Counted from the first letter of the stretch, positions 10,403 to 24,699 are shown. The stretch is DNA of 64,000 nt from an uncultured Planctomycetota bacterium (GCA_963845755.1 CAWJTV010000012.1:128001-192000); one strand, 5' to 3'. The notes: generated by a model not told the origin, from the letters alone. Numbers and translations are program-made.

Positions 10403-10477
10403 GTCCACCCGTTCCAGCTCCGGCCATCGTCCCGCGCCCACCTGTCCGGGTCAACCATGACCCAGGCTTTACACTTT
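10403..10477 (-). repeat. Array motif copy H
   Basis: Core AAAGTGTAAAG CCTGGG TCATGGTTGAC (10450-10477); TTGACC-N17-GACGAT; ..ggaacgggtgga. Confidence 0.85.
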
Positions 10478-10547
10478 GGACTATGGCTCTTCAACCCCAC
10501 AATCCAGGAGCGGTCGCCAGGCAGATCGATGGGCAGAGCACGGCGAT

Positions 10548-11299
10548 TCAGCGGACGCGGCCGGACTTTCCGAGGCGTTCGAGGGAGTCTCTGGCCACCT
10601 CGGTAGGCTGGGCATCGGGATGGCCGGTGGCCATGTCCCTGAGGATGGCGATCGCCTCCGGGGTGCCGATGTGCTCCAGCAGTGCGATGGTGCGCACGAT
10701 TCGGGTCCACTTCTTCTTGGGGTTGCGCCGATTCGGTTGAGGTCCTCGATCTTGTGGTCGGCCCTCAAGAAACTCTTAAGGGTGCCGAAGTAGAACATGC
10801 CGTTCCGGCTCCTCCCGAAATTGACCTCCTGATCCCCGAACCAGCCGGCCTCCTTCCCGCTCATCACCTCGACCATCCGTTTCCTCGCCGGGCTCTCCTT
10901 GTAGCGATCCATCAACGTCTCGAGGTCCATCGCCAGCCGCGGATCAAAGTATTCGAGTTCCTCGAAGGCCGGCCTCCAGACTTTCTCGTTCTCGTTCCCC
11001 AGCTTTAGTAGCAGCGCCCGTACTGCTCCGGGCGTGATCTTCAGCGGCTTCATCTTCGTCTTGAGGAACGCGACCGCCTTCTCGCGCCGGTCAGCCAGGC
11101 TGAGCAGGGCGCGTATGGCGTCGGTCTCACCCTTCTCCAGATCCGCCCACCAGACATCCGTCGTGCCTGGGCTGTCCCTCGGGCTCATGCCCGGATTGGC
11201 CGCCGGTGGGCGATGCTCAACAGGCTGGATCGTGAACGCAAGCAGCGCTAGGAACAACAATGGTAGGAGTCGCATCATCTGGTTCCTTGTACGCCTCAT
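10548..11299 (-). CDS. Secreted helical/HEAT-like hypothetical protein (frameshift near 10725)
   Basis: Signal peptide MMRLLPLLFLALLA; WADL..AVAFLK; shifted-frame tail RTIALLEHIGTPEAIAILRDMATGHPDA..ARDSLERL. Confidence 0.7.
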
Positions 11300-11333
11300 C
11301 GTCTACTTGGGGCGCGGCCGCCAGATGGCAAGT

Positions 11334-11361
11334 CTGAGTTCTAAATGAGGCTTTACACCGG
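11334..11361 (-). repeat. Array motif copy I (core only)
   Basis: CCGGTGTAAAG CCTCAT TTAGAACTCAG; left arm GTGTAAAG identical to copy H. Confidence 0.55.
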
Positions 11362-11470
11362 GGATTCGACGTAAGTCCCGAAACGAAGCCTCGGATTTCG
11401 TTGAGCCGCGACGGTCGAACGCTGCCAGGTTTCGCGGATACGAGCCTGGCCCGACCGTGCGGACCGACGG

Positions 11471-14400
11471 TCATCGGCGAGGCCCTGGTTCTTCGACGGT
11501 TCGCGCGACGGAAGGATCCCAGAGCTTGATCGTGGTGTCGCGACTGGCAGTGAAGAGGATTCGGCCGTCGGCCGAGAAGGCGACCCAGTCAATCGCATCG
11601 TGATGACCGCGGAAGGTGGCTCGCAGCTTTCCGGAGGGCGTGTCCCAGAGGCGGAGCACCTCGTCCGCTCCGCCCGCGGCAAGGGTCTTGCCGTCGGGGG
11701 AGAAGGCCAGGTAGAGGGCCGGCCCGGACAGCGATTTCAGCGTGACGAGGGGCGACCTTGCCATGACGTCCCAGAGCATGACAGTCGCGGCCTCGGTCGC
11801 CGCGGCCAGAGTCTCGACCATCGGGGGTGAATGCCAGTCGCGTGACCCGACCATCGGGCACGGGCAGGACCGCGAGCCGTCGACCGGTGGCGAGGTCCCA
11901 GAGCCGGACCTCGCCCGAGCCGGACGTCGTGATGGCACCGCTCCCGACCTTGCTGCCACCGGTGGCAAGGGTCTTGCCGTCGGTGCTGAGCACCACCATG
12001 TTCATCCCGCCGGGATGCTGGAAATTGGCCCTCGCCTTGCCGGTCTGCACGTCCCAGAGCGTCACCAGGCCCGCCGCGTTGGCCCCGACCAGGGTCTTGT
12101 CATCGGCCGAGAACTGGACGAGATCCACGCCCCCCTGTCGCCCCGACGGAACGACCGTGGCCTTGAACGTGCGGGTGTCCCAAAGCTTCACGACCCCGGC
12201 GCGACTGGTGGTCGCCAGGGTCTTGCCGTCGTGGCTGAATTCGAGCGCGACGACCTCGCCGTTGTGCCCGGAGAGCATCGCACGCTCGTGGCCATCGTCG
12301 AGGCTCCAGACCTTCGCCTCGACGGTCGGCGGGGCGTCGGGTTGGCGCTGGGGAGCGGGCTTGCTCTGCGCGGTGGGCTTGGCCACGGGAGCCGGCCGGG
12401 CCTGCGCAGCGGGCTTGGCCGCGGGAGCCGGCTGGGGGCGGGCACCAGCTTCGAGGCCTTGAGCTTTGGGTGCTCAGGGCCTTCACCTTTAGCCGCCGGG
12501 CCAGCCGGGCGGGCGGGAGCGGCGGGCGGCTTGACGGCGGCCCGATTGGCGCGGATGCCGGCCGCCAGCAAGCGGCCGTCCGGTGAGATTCCCATGCAAC
12601 GGACGCGCGACGTCCTCACTGCCGAGCGTCAATCGCACGCGGCCAGTTCCGATGTCCCAGACCTTGATCGTTCCGTCCGCGCCGCGCGTGGCCAGTGTCT
12701 TGCCGTTGTCGAGGACCGCCAGGCTCCGCACGATATCGGCGTGACCCCGAAGGGTGGCTCGCTCCTGGCCCCGGGACGAAGCCGCCGTGCGGACCAAGGA
12801 CCGGCCTGCCGGCGACACGTCCCAGGCCTCGATCCGCCGTTCGCCGGCCGTGTACAGCGTCTTGCCGTCGGGGTCGAACGCCAGGCAAGAGACGCCTTCG
12901 CCCGCCGACGCGCCGGGCAAGGTGAGTGTCGCGGCGAGGCGGCCCGGGGCCACGTCCCAGAGCGATACGGTCGGGTCGCCATCGCATGACGAGGCGAGCC
13001 GCTTGCTGTCCGGCGCGAATGCGAGAGCCGTGATCGGCACGATGGGCCCGCGGAGCGTCGCGCGCTCGGTCCATGTGGCGACGTCCCAGAGCCGGACGGT
13101 GCGATCCGCCCCGCTGCTGGCCAGGATCTTGCCGTCGGGGGAGAAGACGACGGACAGGGTCGCCCGGGTGTGACCTTTCAAGTTGGTGAAGGGCACGCCG
13201 GCAGCCACGTCCCAGACGGTCACGATGCCGTCGGCGCCCGCGGTGGCAATCGTCGAACCGTCGGGGGAGACGGAAATCGATCGGGCCACGCTCCTCGATT
13301 TCGATTTGAAGGGCCGGAGCGGTTGCTTCGCGTCCAGTCCAAACAAGATAGGCGGCCCGCCGGCCATCGCCAGCGACCGGCCGTCGGGGGTGAAGGCAAT
13401 GACCCGGGCGCCGGACGGGTTGACCGGCAGTTGGCCCATCTCGTGCAGGGTGGCGGTATCCCAGAGCTTGAGCAAATTCGAACCCGAGCCGACGGGGAGC
13501 ATGGCCAGGATCTTGCCGTTGGGAGAGAGGGCAAGCTGAACGTCCTGGGCTGCGAGCAGGATGGGATCGCCCCGCTCCCGGCCCAGTTTCGGGTCCCAGA
13601 GCTGAACGTCGCCATTGGTCGTCGCTGATGCGAGCACCTTGCCATCGCGCGAGAGCACCAGGGATCGGACTTTCGCCTCCACGCCCGCGAACGGCCGAGG
13701 CGCGAGCTGGGCGGCCACATCCCAAAGCTTGAGCTGGCCGTCGCCCCCGCCGGTGGCGAGCGTCTGACCATCGCCGGCGATGGCCATCGCCGCGAGCGGT
13801 GTCGGGTGCGCCTCGGTGTGGAGGGCCTGAGCGTGGCCGTCGGCCGCATCCCATCGGCGGAGCGAGCCGTCGGCACCGCCGGTGAACAGCGACTGGCCGT
13901 CGGGCAGGTATGCAACCGCACCGACCGATCCCGAGCGAGACCGCAGCGACGCCCGACCCGACGCCTTGGCGAGGTCCCAGAGCCGCGTCGTGCCATCGCG
14001 GCTCGTCGAAGCGAGGGTCTTGCCGTCGGGTGCGAACGCCAACGCGTCGATCGCGTCACGATGCCCGTCGAGAGAACGGCGAAGCGAGCCTCTAGGCAGG
14101 TCCCACACCTTCACTGTCCAATCGACCGATCCTGTGGCGAGCGTCCGGCCATCGGCGGCGAACGCCACGCAGGTGATCCCGCTGGTGTGCCGGGCCAGGG
14201 TCGTTCGCTCGGCCGCCTTGGCGACGTCCCAGATGATCGCGGCGGCATCCCGACTCCCCGATGCGAGGCTCTTGCCGTCGGGCGCGAACGACAGGCAGGT
14301 GATCGCACCCTCGTGACCCTTCAGCACGGCCCGCTCACGGCCCGCGGCCAGGTCCCAGAGAGTGACGACTCGACCGTCACCGCCGAAGGCCATGGTGACG

Positions 14401-15715
14401 CCGTCTGGGCTGATGGCCAGGGCGCGGACGGTTCCGGAGGGATCGCGGAGCCGACGTCGGATCTCGTGCGTCGTGATGTCCCAGAACGTCACGATGGGAC
14501 TCTCGGTCGCGGTCGCCACCGTCTTGCCATCGGGCGAGAACGCCAGGGCCAACACCGGCTCGGGGTGCATCATGATCCGGTCTTGCACGGGACCGGGCGG
14601 GCGGAGGCCCAGCCAGACGGCCCGCGTCGTCCCGGACGACGACGTCCCAGAGTCGGATCGAACGATCGGCACCGCACGATGGCGAGGGTCTTGCCGTCGG
14701 GCGCGAACGCCAGCGCCCGGACCGCGCCCAGGTGGCCCTTCCGATGAGCCCCGATGACCTGTCGATTCGCCATGTTCACGAACGCGATCGAACCGGGAGA
14801 CGGCACGGTCGCCCGCGGGTCGGACAGGGCCACGGCCATGATTCCGCCGTCGGGCGCGAACGCGATCGCGAGCACGTCGTTTCCGACCGGCAGCGACTGC
14901 GGCATGGGTTGTTGCGGTTGCGGAGCTTGAGGCCTTTCTGAGGTTCCCGAGGCGGTTTCGGTTTGTGCTCGCCGACCGGCCAGAACCGCAACGTCTTGTC
15001 CGCGCCTCCCGAGACGACGATCTTGCCATCGGGGGCGAAGGCCACGCACCAAGCCGGTTCATTCTGCTTGCCCAGGAGCGTCAACGGCCGATCGACGACC
15101 ACGTCCCAGAGCCACACCGTCCCGTCGAGGCTCGCCGAGGCGAGGGCCTTGCCGTCGGGCGCGAACGCCAGGCCCTGGACGCTCGCCTCGTGCCCCTCGA
15201 GCGTGCGCAAGGCGCCGGTTCGGCGACATCCCAGAGCCGGATCGTGGTGTCCGGGCTGCCGGATGCAACGGTCTTGCCATCAGGCGCGAACGCCAGGGCG
15301 GTCACGGCACCCGAGTGACCCGAGAGCGTGCCCAGCCCCGCGCCGTCGACGGTCTTCCAGAGTCGAACCGTCCGATCCTCGCCCGCGGTGGCGATCGTTG
15401 TCCCGTCGGACGAGATTGCGACGCGGAGAACCTTGCCCTCATGCCCGCGCAGGTCGGCCCGCACGGTCCGGGTTGCGACGTCCCAGATCTTGGCCAGCCC
15501 GTCGGAGCCAGCCGTTGATCAGCGTCTTGCCGTCGGGTGTGAAGACCGAGCCCGAGGACGTCGCCGACGTGCCCCTTGGGATTGACCGGGTCGAGAGGCA
15601 GCTCATCGGCCCTCATCGGTCCGGCGAGGACCGGCAGGATCAGCAGCGCCGATGCCAGTCGCCAAAGCGTCTTTGAGGCGCAACGCATTCGTCTTGACGA
15701 GCTGTCAAGTCGCAT
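11471..15715 (-). CDS. Very large WD40-repeat protein (many frameshifts)
   Basis: Signal-like N-terminus and more than 20 GH..V..LAF(S/A)PDGKTLA..D..V.LWD repeats across successive ORFs. Confidence 0.85.
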
Positions 15716-15899
15716 CCTTCGAGCCTCCCTCGGTCAATCGATTGGTCGTTGTCTGCTCAGCGAGCACGGTTTCACGGTCTTGGCGAGATGAAGAGCGACG
15801 TTTGTAGCGGAAACACGAGGCGCGATGCGAGCACCCGGCTGTGTCTTGCAACGGCAGCCCGGTGCTCGCGGAGCGACTCGACTTCGGCTTCACGATCAC

Positions 15900-17502
15900 T
15901 CAGTCGCCATTGCGGGCAAGCCGGACAGAGGACGGGGCGACCAGTGACTTGAGGAACGCCTCGACTTGCTGCCGCTCGCGAGGAGTGAGGGTGAAGAACC
16001 GATGCGCCGCGGCTGCGCCCTGGCCCCCATGCATCGCGACGGCCTCTTCCAGAGTCTGGGCGCGTCCGTCGTGGAGATAGGGGCCCGAGTCGCGGAAGCC
16101 CCACAGCGGCGGGGTCTTCCACTCCAGGCGGGTGGCGCCCCGGAGCTGGGGCGACCTCGCGGGAGCGACCTGCGGATTTCCGGCCAGGTTGGGGACGATC
16201 CGAGGAACCAGCGGCTCATCGTCGTCGGAGGTGTCCTCGCCATACGACCCCTCGTCGCCCATCTCCTGACCCATATCGTGGAGGAGCAGGTCGCTGTATA
16301 TCCCCTGGACATTGCCCAGCGAGGGCGTATGGCAATTCGCACAGCCGACGGCTGCGAAGGTCGTCCGGCCGGCATCGAGGTGCTTGGAATCCGCGCCCGC
16401 CGACGTCCGGCGCTCGACCGGCTGGGGCAGGCTCCGCACGTAGGCGACCAGTGCCGAGCACTCCTCGGCTGTCAGGTCGAACCCGTCCGTACGATACTTC
16501 GGGGCTTGAGGAGTCATGGCCTGATGATGACCGGGAACCTCCAGACCAACCTCGACCGCACAGGCATTCAGGACGAAGTCTTCGACGTTGGCGGTCTGGC
16601 CTTTCCATCCCAGCCGTCCGATCCGACCGTCCTTGAGCCGGCTGACCCGCCCGCACGTCGCGGGCGACTCCTTGGCCTGACGTGTCTCCATGGCCAGGAT
16701 CGCCTCATCCGGGATGGCGTCGATCAGACCGAGTCCGAACAACGGCGTCGGATTGCGCTGCGACCGCCTGACGAGTAACCCGCCAGCCCCCATGATCGGC
16801 TGCCGGTTGGACGCGATGCTCGCGAACACCGCCGAGCGTACTTGATTGAGCCGCGCCGTCAGCGCGATCGGTGGCCGGGTCACCCCCAGGTCGAACCGAA
16901 TTCTCGCGAGGATTGAACGTCAAGCCTGTCCTCTCCGCACGAAGAACCGCGGTGGAATCCGTGGGAACGGAGGGTAAGGGGATGAGGATCGCATCGCCTT
17001 GAGATCCGGGCGTCGCGGACCGACTCAGGGCCTGGCTGCGCCATGCATCGTAGTTCGGGTCGATGCCGAACTTGTGCAGGACGACTGTCCGGCTGGTCCG
17101 GAACCCGGCGTGGAAATCGGTCAATCGGTTGGCCGATGTCGGCGAAGGCGGAGCACTGCCCGAACGGGTTTGGGTCTGAGGATTCCCGAGGTTACGCGAT
17201 GCGTTGAGGATATCGATGTTCTTGCTCACTGGCCCCGCACCGCCGCTGCCTCCCGAGTTGTGGCAGGCGACACATGATGAATCGTTGTACACCGGCCCGA
17301 GCCCGTCGCCGCCGTGGCTACGCGGGTCGTTCGCGATCCACTCCCGGTTGAAGATCTCGTAGCCGACCGCGACCGCGTCCGGTTTCTCCGACTTCGAATC
17401 GGCTCGGGCCAGGCCGCCACCGATCGATTGAACTGCCACGACGCACAAACCCATCCACACAAACAAACCGCCGAGTCTCATCGCCGAACGTGTTACCCGC
17501 AT
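15900..17502 (-). CDS. Di-heme oxidoreductase (DHOR)-family c-type cytochrome (frameshift near 16885)
   Basis: GDGLGPVYN..SCVACH, RNPTPLFGLGLIDAI, GRLGWKGQ, GCANCH, YSDLLLHDMG, WKTPPLWG, PYLHDGRA. Confidence 0.9.
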
Positions 17503-17832
17503 CGCGAGTCCCTCCGTCGAGTGTCGAACAGATCGTCGGCCGTCACCGAGCACGGACTGTCATCCTACATCTGTCTGCACCAAATCTCAACGAGTCTTAT
17601 CAGATCTCCTGACGGACAGGGATTTCGGGGGCCCTCGTTTGCTCGACAGGCGGAATGCCGAAGCGGTCGCTCGGCTCTGCCACCCAGCCCCAGGGGATTG
17701 CTCTGGCCGTTTCATTACTAATGCGCGAAAGAAAACCGTCGCTTATGAAACGGAACATCCAGTCAGGCGAGACGGTGTCTCGTCTCTGTCCGATGCCATC
17801 AAGATGGTGAGCCGTGACACGACTGGAGACCG

Positions 17833-18804
17833 ATGATGACCTCGCGGAAGCTTGCCGCTCCTGCCACCTTGGCCCTCTTCCTCGTGACGGTCGCAATCTA
17901 CCTGGTGCAGGTCCTGGCCGGTGTCGATATCCTCGAGCGGGCGATCGGCCTCATACCCGCCCGCGTCTCCAATCTCGCCACGCTCACGGCCATCGGGAGC
18001 GGACAACTGGTCCACGCATGGCTGACCCTCGTCACCTACATCTTCCCGCACGGGGCCTGGTGGCACGTCACGATGAACATGGCCGGCCTGTGGTTCTTCG
18101 GCCGGCTCGCCGAGCCCATCATGGGCACCAAGCGTTTCTTGTTCACCTACGTCGCCTCAGGTGTAGTCACCGGGCTCGTCATCGTTCTCCTCGGCCCCCA
18201 CTGGACGACGCCGGCGGCCGGGGCCTCCGGGGCGATTAGCGGGATACTCGGTGCCTTCTTGGCCCTTCGCCTGCCCCGCTGGCCCATGCGGAGGGACCGC
18301 CGCAACCTCGCGGTCCTGGCCATCGAGTCGACGTGTCTACTTGGCATTGTGGCGTGGCTGCTCGTTCGGACGCCGCCCCAAGTGCCGGACCGCATGTCGG
18401 CCTTGATGTGGCACCTCATTCCGTTTCTGGCAGGCTGGCTGTGGGTACGTGCCAGGGGGCAAGTTGTTGCGGGGACCGACGCCCACTGCCCTTATGGTTG
18501 CATAGACCCTCATTATCCCCGGCGACGACGGGGCCGGCTGACAAAGAGCGATGCAGAATCCCGGCCAATTGCCGATGCAGTTGACAACGACCGGTTTTGG
18601 CCTTGGGAGAGCGGCTCAGTCGAACCTCCCCACCGTGAGAAAGTGGATGACGGGCAGGCCGCCCCCTACCTTCGCCGATTCGATCAAGATCCCGGCCGAG
18701 CGACCGTCAGAGAGCTCCAGCTCATAGATCTCTCCCACCTCGGGGACGGCTTGGCCCTCCGGGACGAGGAAATCCCCTTGCCAGTCCCTCGCCCTCCCGG
18801 ATGA
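17833..18804 (+). CDS. Rhomboid-family intramembrane serine protease (true 3' end probably near 18480)
   Basis: TYIFPHGAWWHVTMNM, GASGAISG catalytic Ser motif, WHLIPFLAG catalytic His. The tail overlaps the next gene. Confidence 0.85.
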   Translation: MMTSRKLAAPATLALFLVTVAIYLVQVLAGVDILERAIGLIPARVSNLATLTAIGSGQLVHAWLTLVTYIFPHGAWWHVTMNMAGLWFFGRLAEPIMGTKRFLFTYVASGVVTGLVIVLLGPHWTTPAAGASGAISGILGAFLALRLPRWPMRRDRRNLAVLAIESTCLLGIVAWLLVRTPPQVPDRMSALMWHLIPFLAGWLWVRARGQVVAGTDAHCPYGCIDPHYPRRRRGRLTKSDAESRPIADAVDNDRFWPWESGSVEPPHREKVDDGQAAPYLRRFDQDPGRATVRELQLIDLSHLGDGLALRDEEIPLPVPRPPG

Positions 18805-18885
18805 CGGACTCTCCTCGATCGACAGGCGGATGTCGCGGAGGACGATGTTCCCTGCCTGGCTGATCGTCCCGGTCAGTCCTTCCAT
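18616..18885 (-). CDS. Small hypothetical beta-rich protein
   Basis: MEGLTGTISQ..WQGDFLVP..YELELSDGRSAGILI; GGAG RBS upstream. Confidence 0.55.
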   Translation of the reverse strand: MEGLTGTISQAGNIVLRDIRLSIEESPSSGRARDWQGDFLVPEGQAVPEVGEIYELELSDGRSAGILIESAKVGGGLPVIHFLTVGRFD

Positions 18886-19265
18886 CGCCGAATCTCCAAG
18901 GCTTGAGGACGGATATCCCGCCGGCGGTATGGCGAGCATCCCGCGGCCGGCGGGGTACTTATCGACGAGTCTGCAGAGGAGGATACCCGCTCATCCGGGG
19001 CCGGGCGATCCGCGGCGGTTTCGGATCGCCGCGATCGGCGGTAGACTGGGGTGGTTCGCCCCCGGTCAACTCGGGGACACGGGCCCCGATCCCGGAAGGG
19101 GACGATGGGGCGGCCCGGCCCTCCGGGGCGCCTACGACTGGCCGTCGGGGCAGGAATGAACCCGCCCCGGGACGTCGGATGCCCTCGATCGCCCCCGGAG
19201 CCTGTCCGATGACCGCGATCCTGCGAGACGTGCCCGAGGGCCGTATCGATCTCGAGAGGCGCGCC

Positions 19266-21314
<2,049 letters not shown>

Positions 21315-21476
21315 CGCCCTCTATGCGAGTCAAGCTGCGGGGCAGGGGATAGGGCTCAAGAGATTGCCAGCAGTAGCAAGTGTTATCATCTTCAAAAGAA
21401 CGCGCGTCGTGTCTCTCGCGGAATGACTTTGGTGCTAGCGAGTCATCGCTGTCGGGCGTAGGTCAGAGGCGGCACT

Positions 21477-23089
21477 TCATCGAGGAGGCCAGGCGCGCTC
21501 CGCCTGCGGCGGATCCCACCAAAGGTCTAGGCCCAGATCAGCGGCCAGCACCGCGGCGGCGTTGTATCCGCACAAGCCCGTGATGTTGCCCCCCGGATGG
21601 GTCGACCCGCCGCACAAGTACAGGCCGCCTACGGGGGTCCGATATTGACCGGCCCCGGGAAATGGCCGGTGGTAGCCGACCTGGCCGTCGGACAACGACC
21701 CGACGAGGAGATCCCCGCGGCACATGTTTGGCAGGCCGCGCTCCGTATCCAGCGGCGAGCGGGTGAACGCATCGAGAATCGTCTCCTCGTCCGCCAGGTT
21801 CGGGGCGAAGCGCCCCCAAAGGGCGAGCATCGCCCGGCCATGCACCTCCTGAACCGCATCCCAATTGCGGGCATCCCCCTGCAAGTCGTAGGGGGCCTTC
21901 TGCCACATGAACGCGGTGTGCCGGCCTGGAGGGGCCTGGCTGGGGTCGAAGAGGGTCGGACATGCGCCCCACATGATCGCAGGAGGGAACTCGCCCCGCC
22001 CGTGCGCCGCCACCATCTCGTGGAATTGGTCCATCCGCTCCAAGCCGAGGATGACCATGAATGCCCGGTTCAGTTCCGGCCGTCGCTCCGCGGCTGTATA
22101 CCGCGGCGGCTCCCGCAGCGCCAGATTCAGGGCGAACAACGGGGCGATCCGGTTGTATCGGAAACCGGAAGCGGCCTCGCGCGTCGGCCGTGGGGCTGTG
22201 TCCGCGTCCAGTAGATCCAGGAACGTCTGCTGAGGGTTGAGCCCGGACGCGACGAAGGCCCTGGCGGCGATCCGTTCGCCACCGGCCAGCTCCACGCCAG
22301 TCGCCCGGCCATCACGGGTCAGGATGGCCTCCGGCTCGACTCCGGTGCGGATCTCCCCCCCGTGCTCCCGGATATCCTCGACCAGCGCCTCGGCGAGCCG
22401 GGCCGAGCCGCCCAGGCACATCTGGGCCTTGTGGCGACCGGCCAAGAGTGCCGCGATCGAGTGGCCGAAGCCGGGCGCGCGTAGGTCAATCTCCCTCATG
22501 CCGTTGAAGAACAAGAGTCCGGCGCGGACCACGTCGTGCTCGAATTCCTCTCGGACAAACTCCAGCGGCGTGCGCGCCGAGACCTCCAAGAACCGCCGTC
22601 CCAGGGCCGAGCGCCGAGTAGCTCTCTTCGCCGCTGGGGCGGCAAAGGCGGCGATTGCACCTCGGGCAGGATGATCTGCTCGACGATCGGCTGGAACTCC
22701 GCGACCCAGCGCCGTAAGGCGGCCGCGTCCCGTGGGGAGAACTCCGCAAACGAGTCCACAGTTCTGTCGAACTCGGTCCACCACTGAAGAGACCGCCCGT
22801 CGGGCAGGATCAGGGCGACGTTGAGCTCGGGCTCGAGATACACGGCCCCGTGGCGGCGTAGCTCCAGGTCGCGGTACCAGGGCATCATGGTGACGGCCCG
22901 GTGGAAGAAGGAATGGATATTGTGCCGGAACCCGGGAAGGCGGGGGTTCTCCACCGTGGCCAGCCCTCCGCCGGGTACCGAAGCACGGTCCAGGCTCAGG
23001 ACGCGCAGGCCGCAGCGCGCGAGGTAGGCCTGTAGCACAAGGGCGTTATGGCCGGTGCCGAGAATGATGCCGTCGTAGTCCGAGCTCAT
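21477..23089 (-). CDS. Phytoene-desaturase-like NAD(P)/FAD oxidoreductase (frameshift near 22620)
   Basis: YDGIILGTGHNALV Rossmann motif; GGSARLAEAL; YRTPVGGLYLCGGSTHPGGNITGLCGYNAA. Confidence 0.88.
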
Positions 23090-23755
23090 GGTCGCCGCTC
23101 CTGGGTGTCGGTCGGAGTCGAGCCGGAATGACCGGTCAGGGTTGGCTGGCCGCCGCGAGCGATCAGCACAAGCGCAGTCCGGTCAGCATATCAGCCCGGT
23201 CAGTATAACAGGGCGCCAATCGGCCCATCGTCGGCGTCAACCATCTCTCCGGGCGTCCGCTGTTCCATGCTCCCAAGGCGCGAAAAGGCGGCTCGAGTGG
23301 GTCGCATCGAGCAACGCAAAATGGCATCGATCGGCTTCGGTGTCGTCGGACGAATGGCACTAGCTTAAGCGTAAACCCTTGCTACGAAATGGCATGCGTT
23401 CGTGGCGGGCGGGTCTTTTGCGGAGAATATGCAAGTATAATCATTTTACCGGTGGCCAGCTAGCCGGGAAACATAGGGGTTTTAGGTGGCGTCCTGGGAA
23501 TCAGGCCCAAGGAGCCGGGAAGCCCGATATTCGCAAGTCTAATCGCCATTGGGAGTTGCGCTAAGCTAGTGCCATTCGTGTCGTCGGACCGAAGCGCCAG
23601 CCAATTGGGCGGGCCTGCTCGAGTCGCTGCAATCTCCTTGACAGCCGCTCCCGCCGCACAAGACAATGCGGTTCGTCTGGCTGGCGAAGTCCTCGCAGGC
23701 GAAGCCGCGACGTCTCTCGCCCCCCCCCGAAAAACTGCACCAGACTGAGGCTGCG

Positions 23756-24586
23756 ATGCTTGGCATTTGCTTGACGATCGGGCTGGTCATCGCCGGAGAG
23801 GCCCAAACGCCAGAAAAGGACGTCAAGACTCGCCCTTGGGCCGTGATCGCCAAGCGGCACGCGATGGCCTCGAAAGTGTACGCGACGGCCGATCCCGCTC
23901 ATCCATTCGTTCCGCTCAAGGAACCGGTGTTGCATCGGACCCAGGAAGTCCAAGGGAGCTCGAAGGGCTCGGTCTTCGTCTGGCTTGAGCCCTCGGGTCA
24001 ACCGGCGGTGATTTGTGACGTCTGGACGGAAGCCGGCCACCTATGGAACGAGTGGCATTCGCTGTCCGCGTCTCCACTGCGGGCCGAATCGTCCAATGGG
24101 GTGTTGTTCAACGCCACCGGCCCGGGGCTGGAATGGAAGCCGATCCCGAATGCCCCGGCGCCCGCCGACACGCCGCCGGGGCGCGACCGGCAAGCCCGCC
24201 GGCTTGCCGAACGGTTCAGCGCCGACGAGGTCAACCGCAAGAAACAGCGCTTTCGCTTGCGGCTGCTGACGACGCCGTTGCATCGTTACGACACGATCGA
24301 CTCGCTGGTCTCACGCGGCGGGGCGATGTTCGCGTTTTGCCAGCAGACCGACCCGGAACTCCTCTTGCTCATCGAGGCCCGCAAGTCGGGTGCGGGGTAT
24401 CGATGGGAGTATGCCGTCGCGGGGTTCTCGGACATGGATCTCTACCTGCACCTCGACAGGAGTGAGGTGTCGCGCGACGTTCCCGCCTTCTCGAGCGGTC
24501 GCGGCGTTCACAGCGGCGGTCTGGTTCGGGGCGTCGATACCGCCGCGGAACTCGAAGCGGCGAAACGCGAGAAACGCGAAGAGTGA
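23756..24586 (+). CDS. Secreted hypothetical protein
   Basis: Signal peptide; EPVLH..GSVFVW..EWHSLS..LRLLTTPLHRY..GAMFAF..TDPELLLLIEAR, a planctomycete-type family pattern. Confidence 0.75.
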   Translation: MLGICLTIGLVIAGEAQTPEKDVKTRPWAVIAKRHAMASKVYATADPAHPFVPLKEPVLHRTQEVQGSSKGSVFVWLEPSGQPAVICDVWTEAGHLWNEWHSLSASPLRAESSNGVLFNATGPGLEWKPIPNAPAPADTPPGRDRQARRLAERFSADEVNRKKQRFRLRLLTTPLHRYDTIDSLVSRGGAMFAFCQQTDPELLLLIEARKSGAGYRWEYAVAGFSDMDLYLHLDRSEVSRDVPAFSSGRGVHSGGLVRGVDTAAELEAAKREKREE

Positions 24587-24699
24587 GCGCGGAAAACGGC
24601 GCCACCGTGGATCGACGAGAAAGCATCGGCCCGCAGGCAGAACTCAGGCCAACCCGGAGCTTAGCCCTCGCGGCGAGCGAGTCGTCGATGGGCCAATTG

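Noticed and set aside
841..11361. Array repeats as CRISPR or canonical attC sites
   Set aside because: Spacing is gene-sized and irregular, copies are degenerate and no cas genes are present. The repeats are not hairpins, GTT/AAC occur in the opposite order to attC, and no intI is present.
11471..15715. WD40 repeats as a diversity-generating retroelement target or programmed frameshifting
   Set aside because: No reverse transcriptase, no template/variable repeat pair differing at adenines, and indels are not at recognisable slippery motifs.
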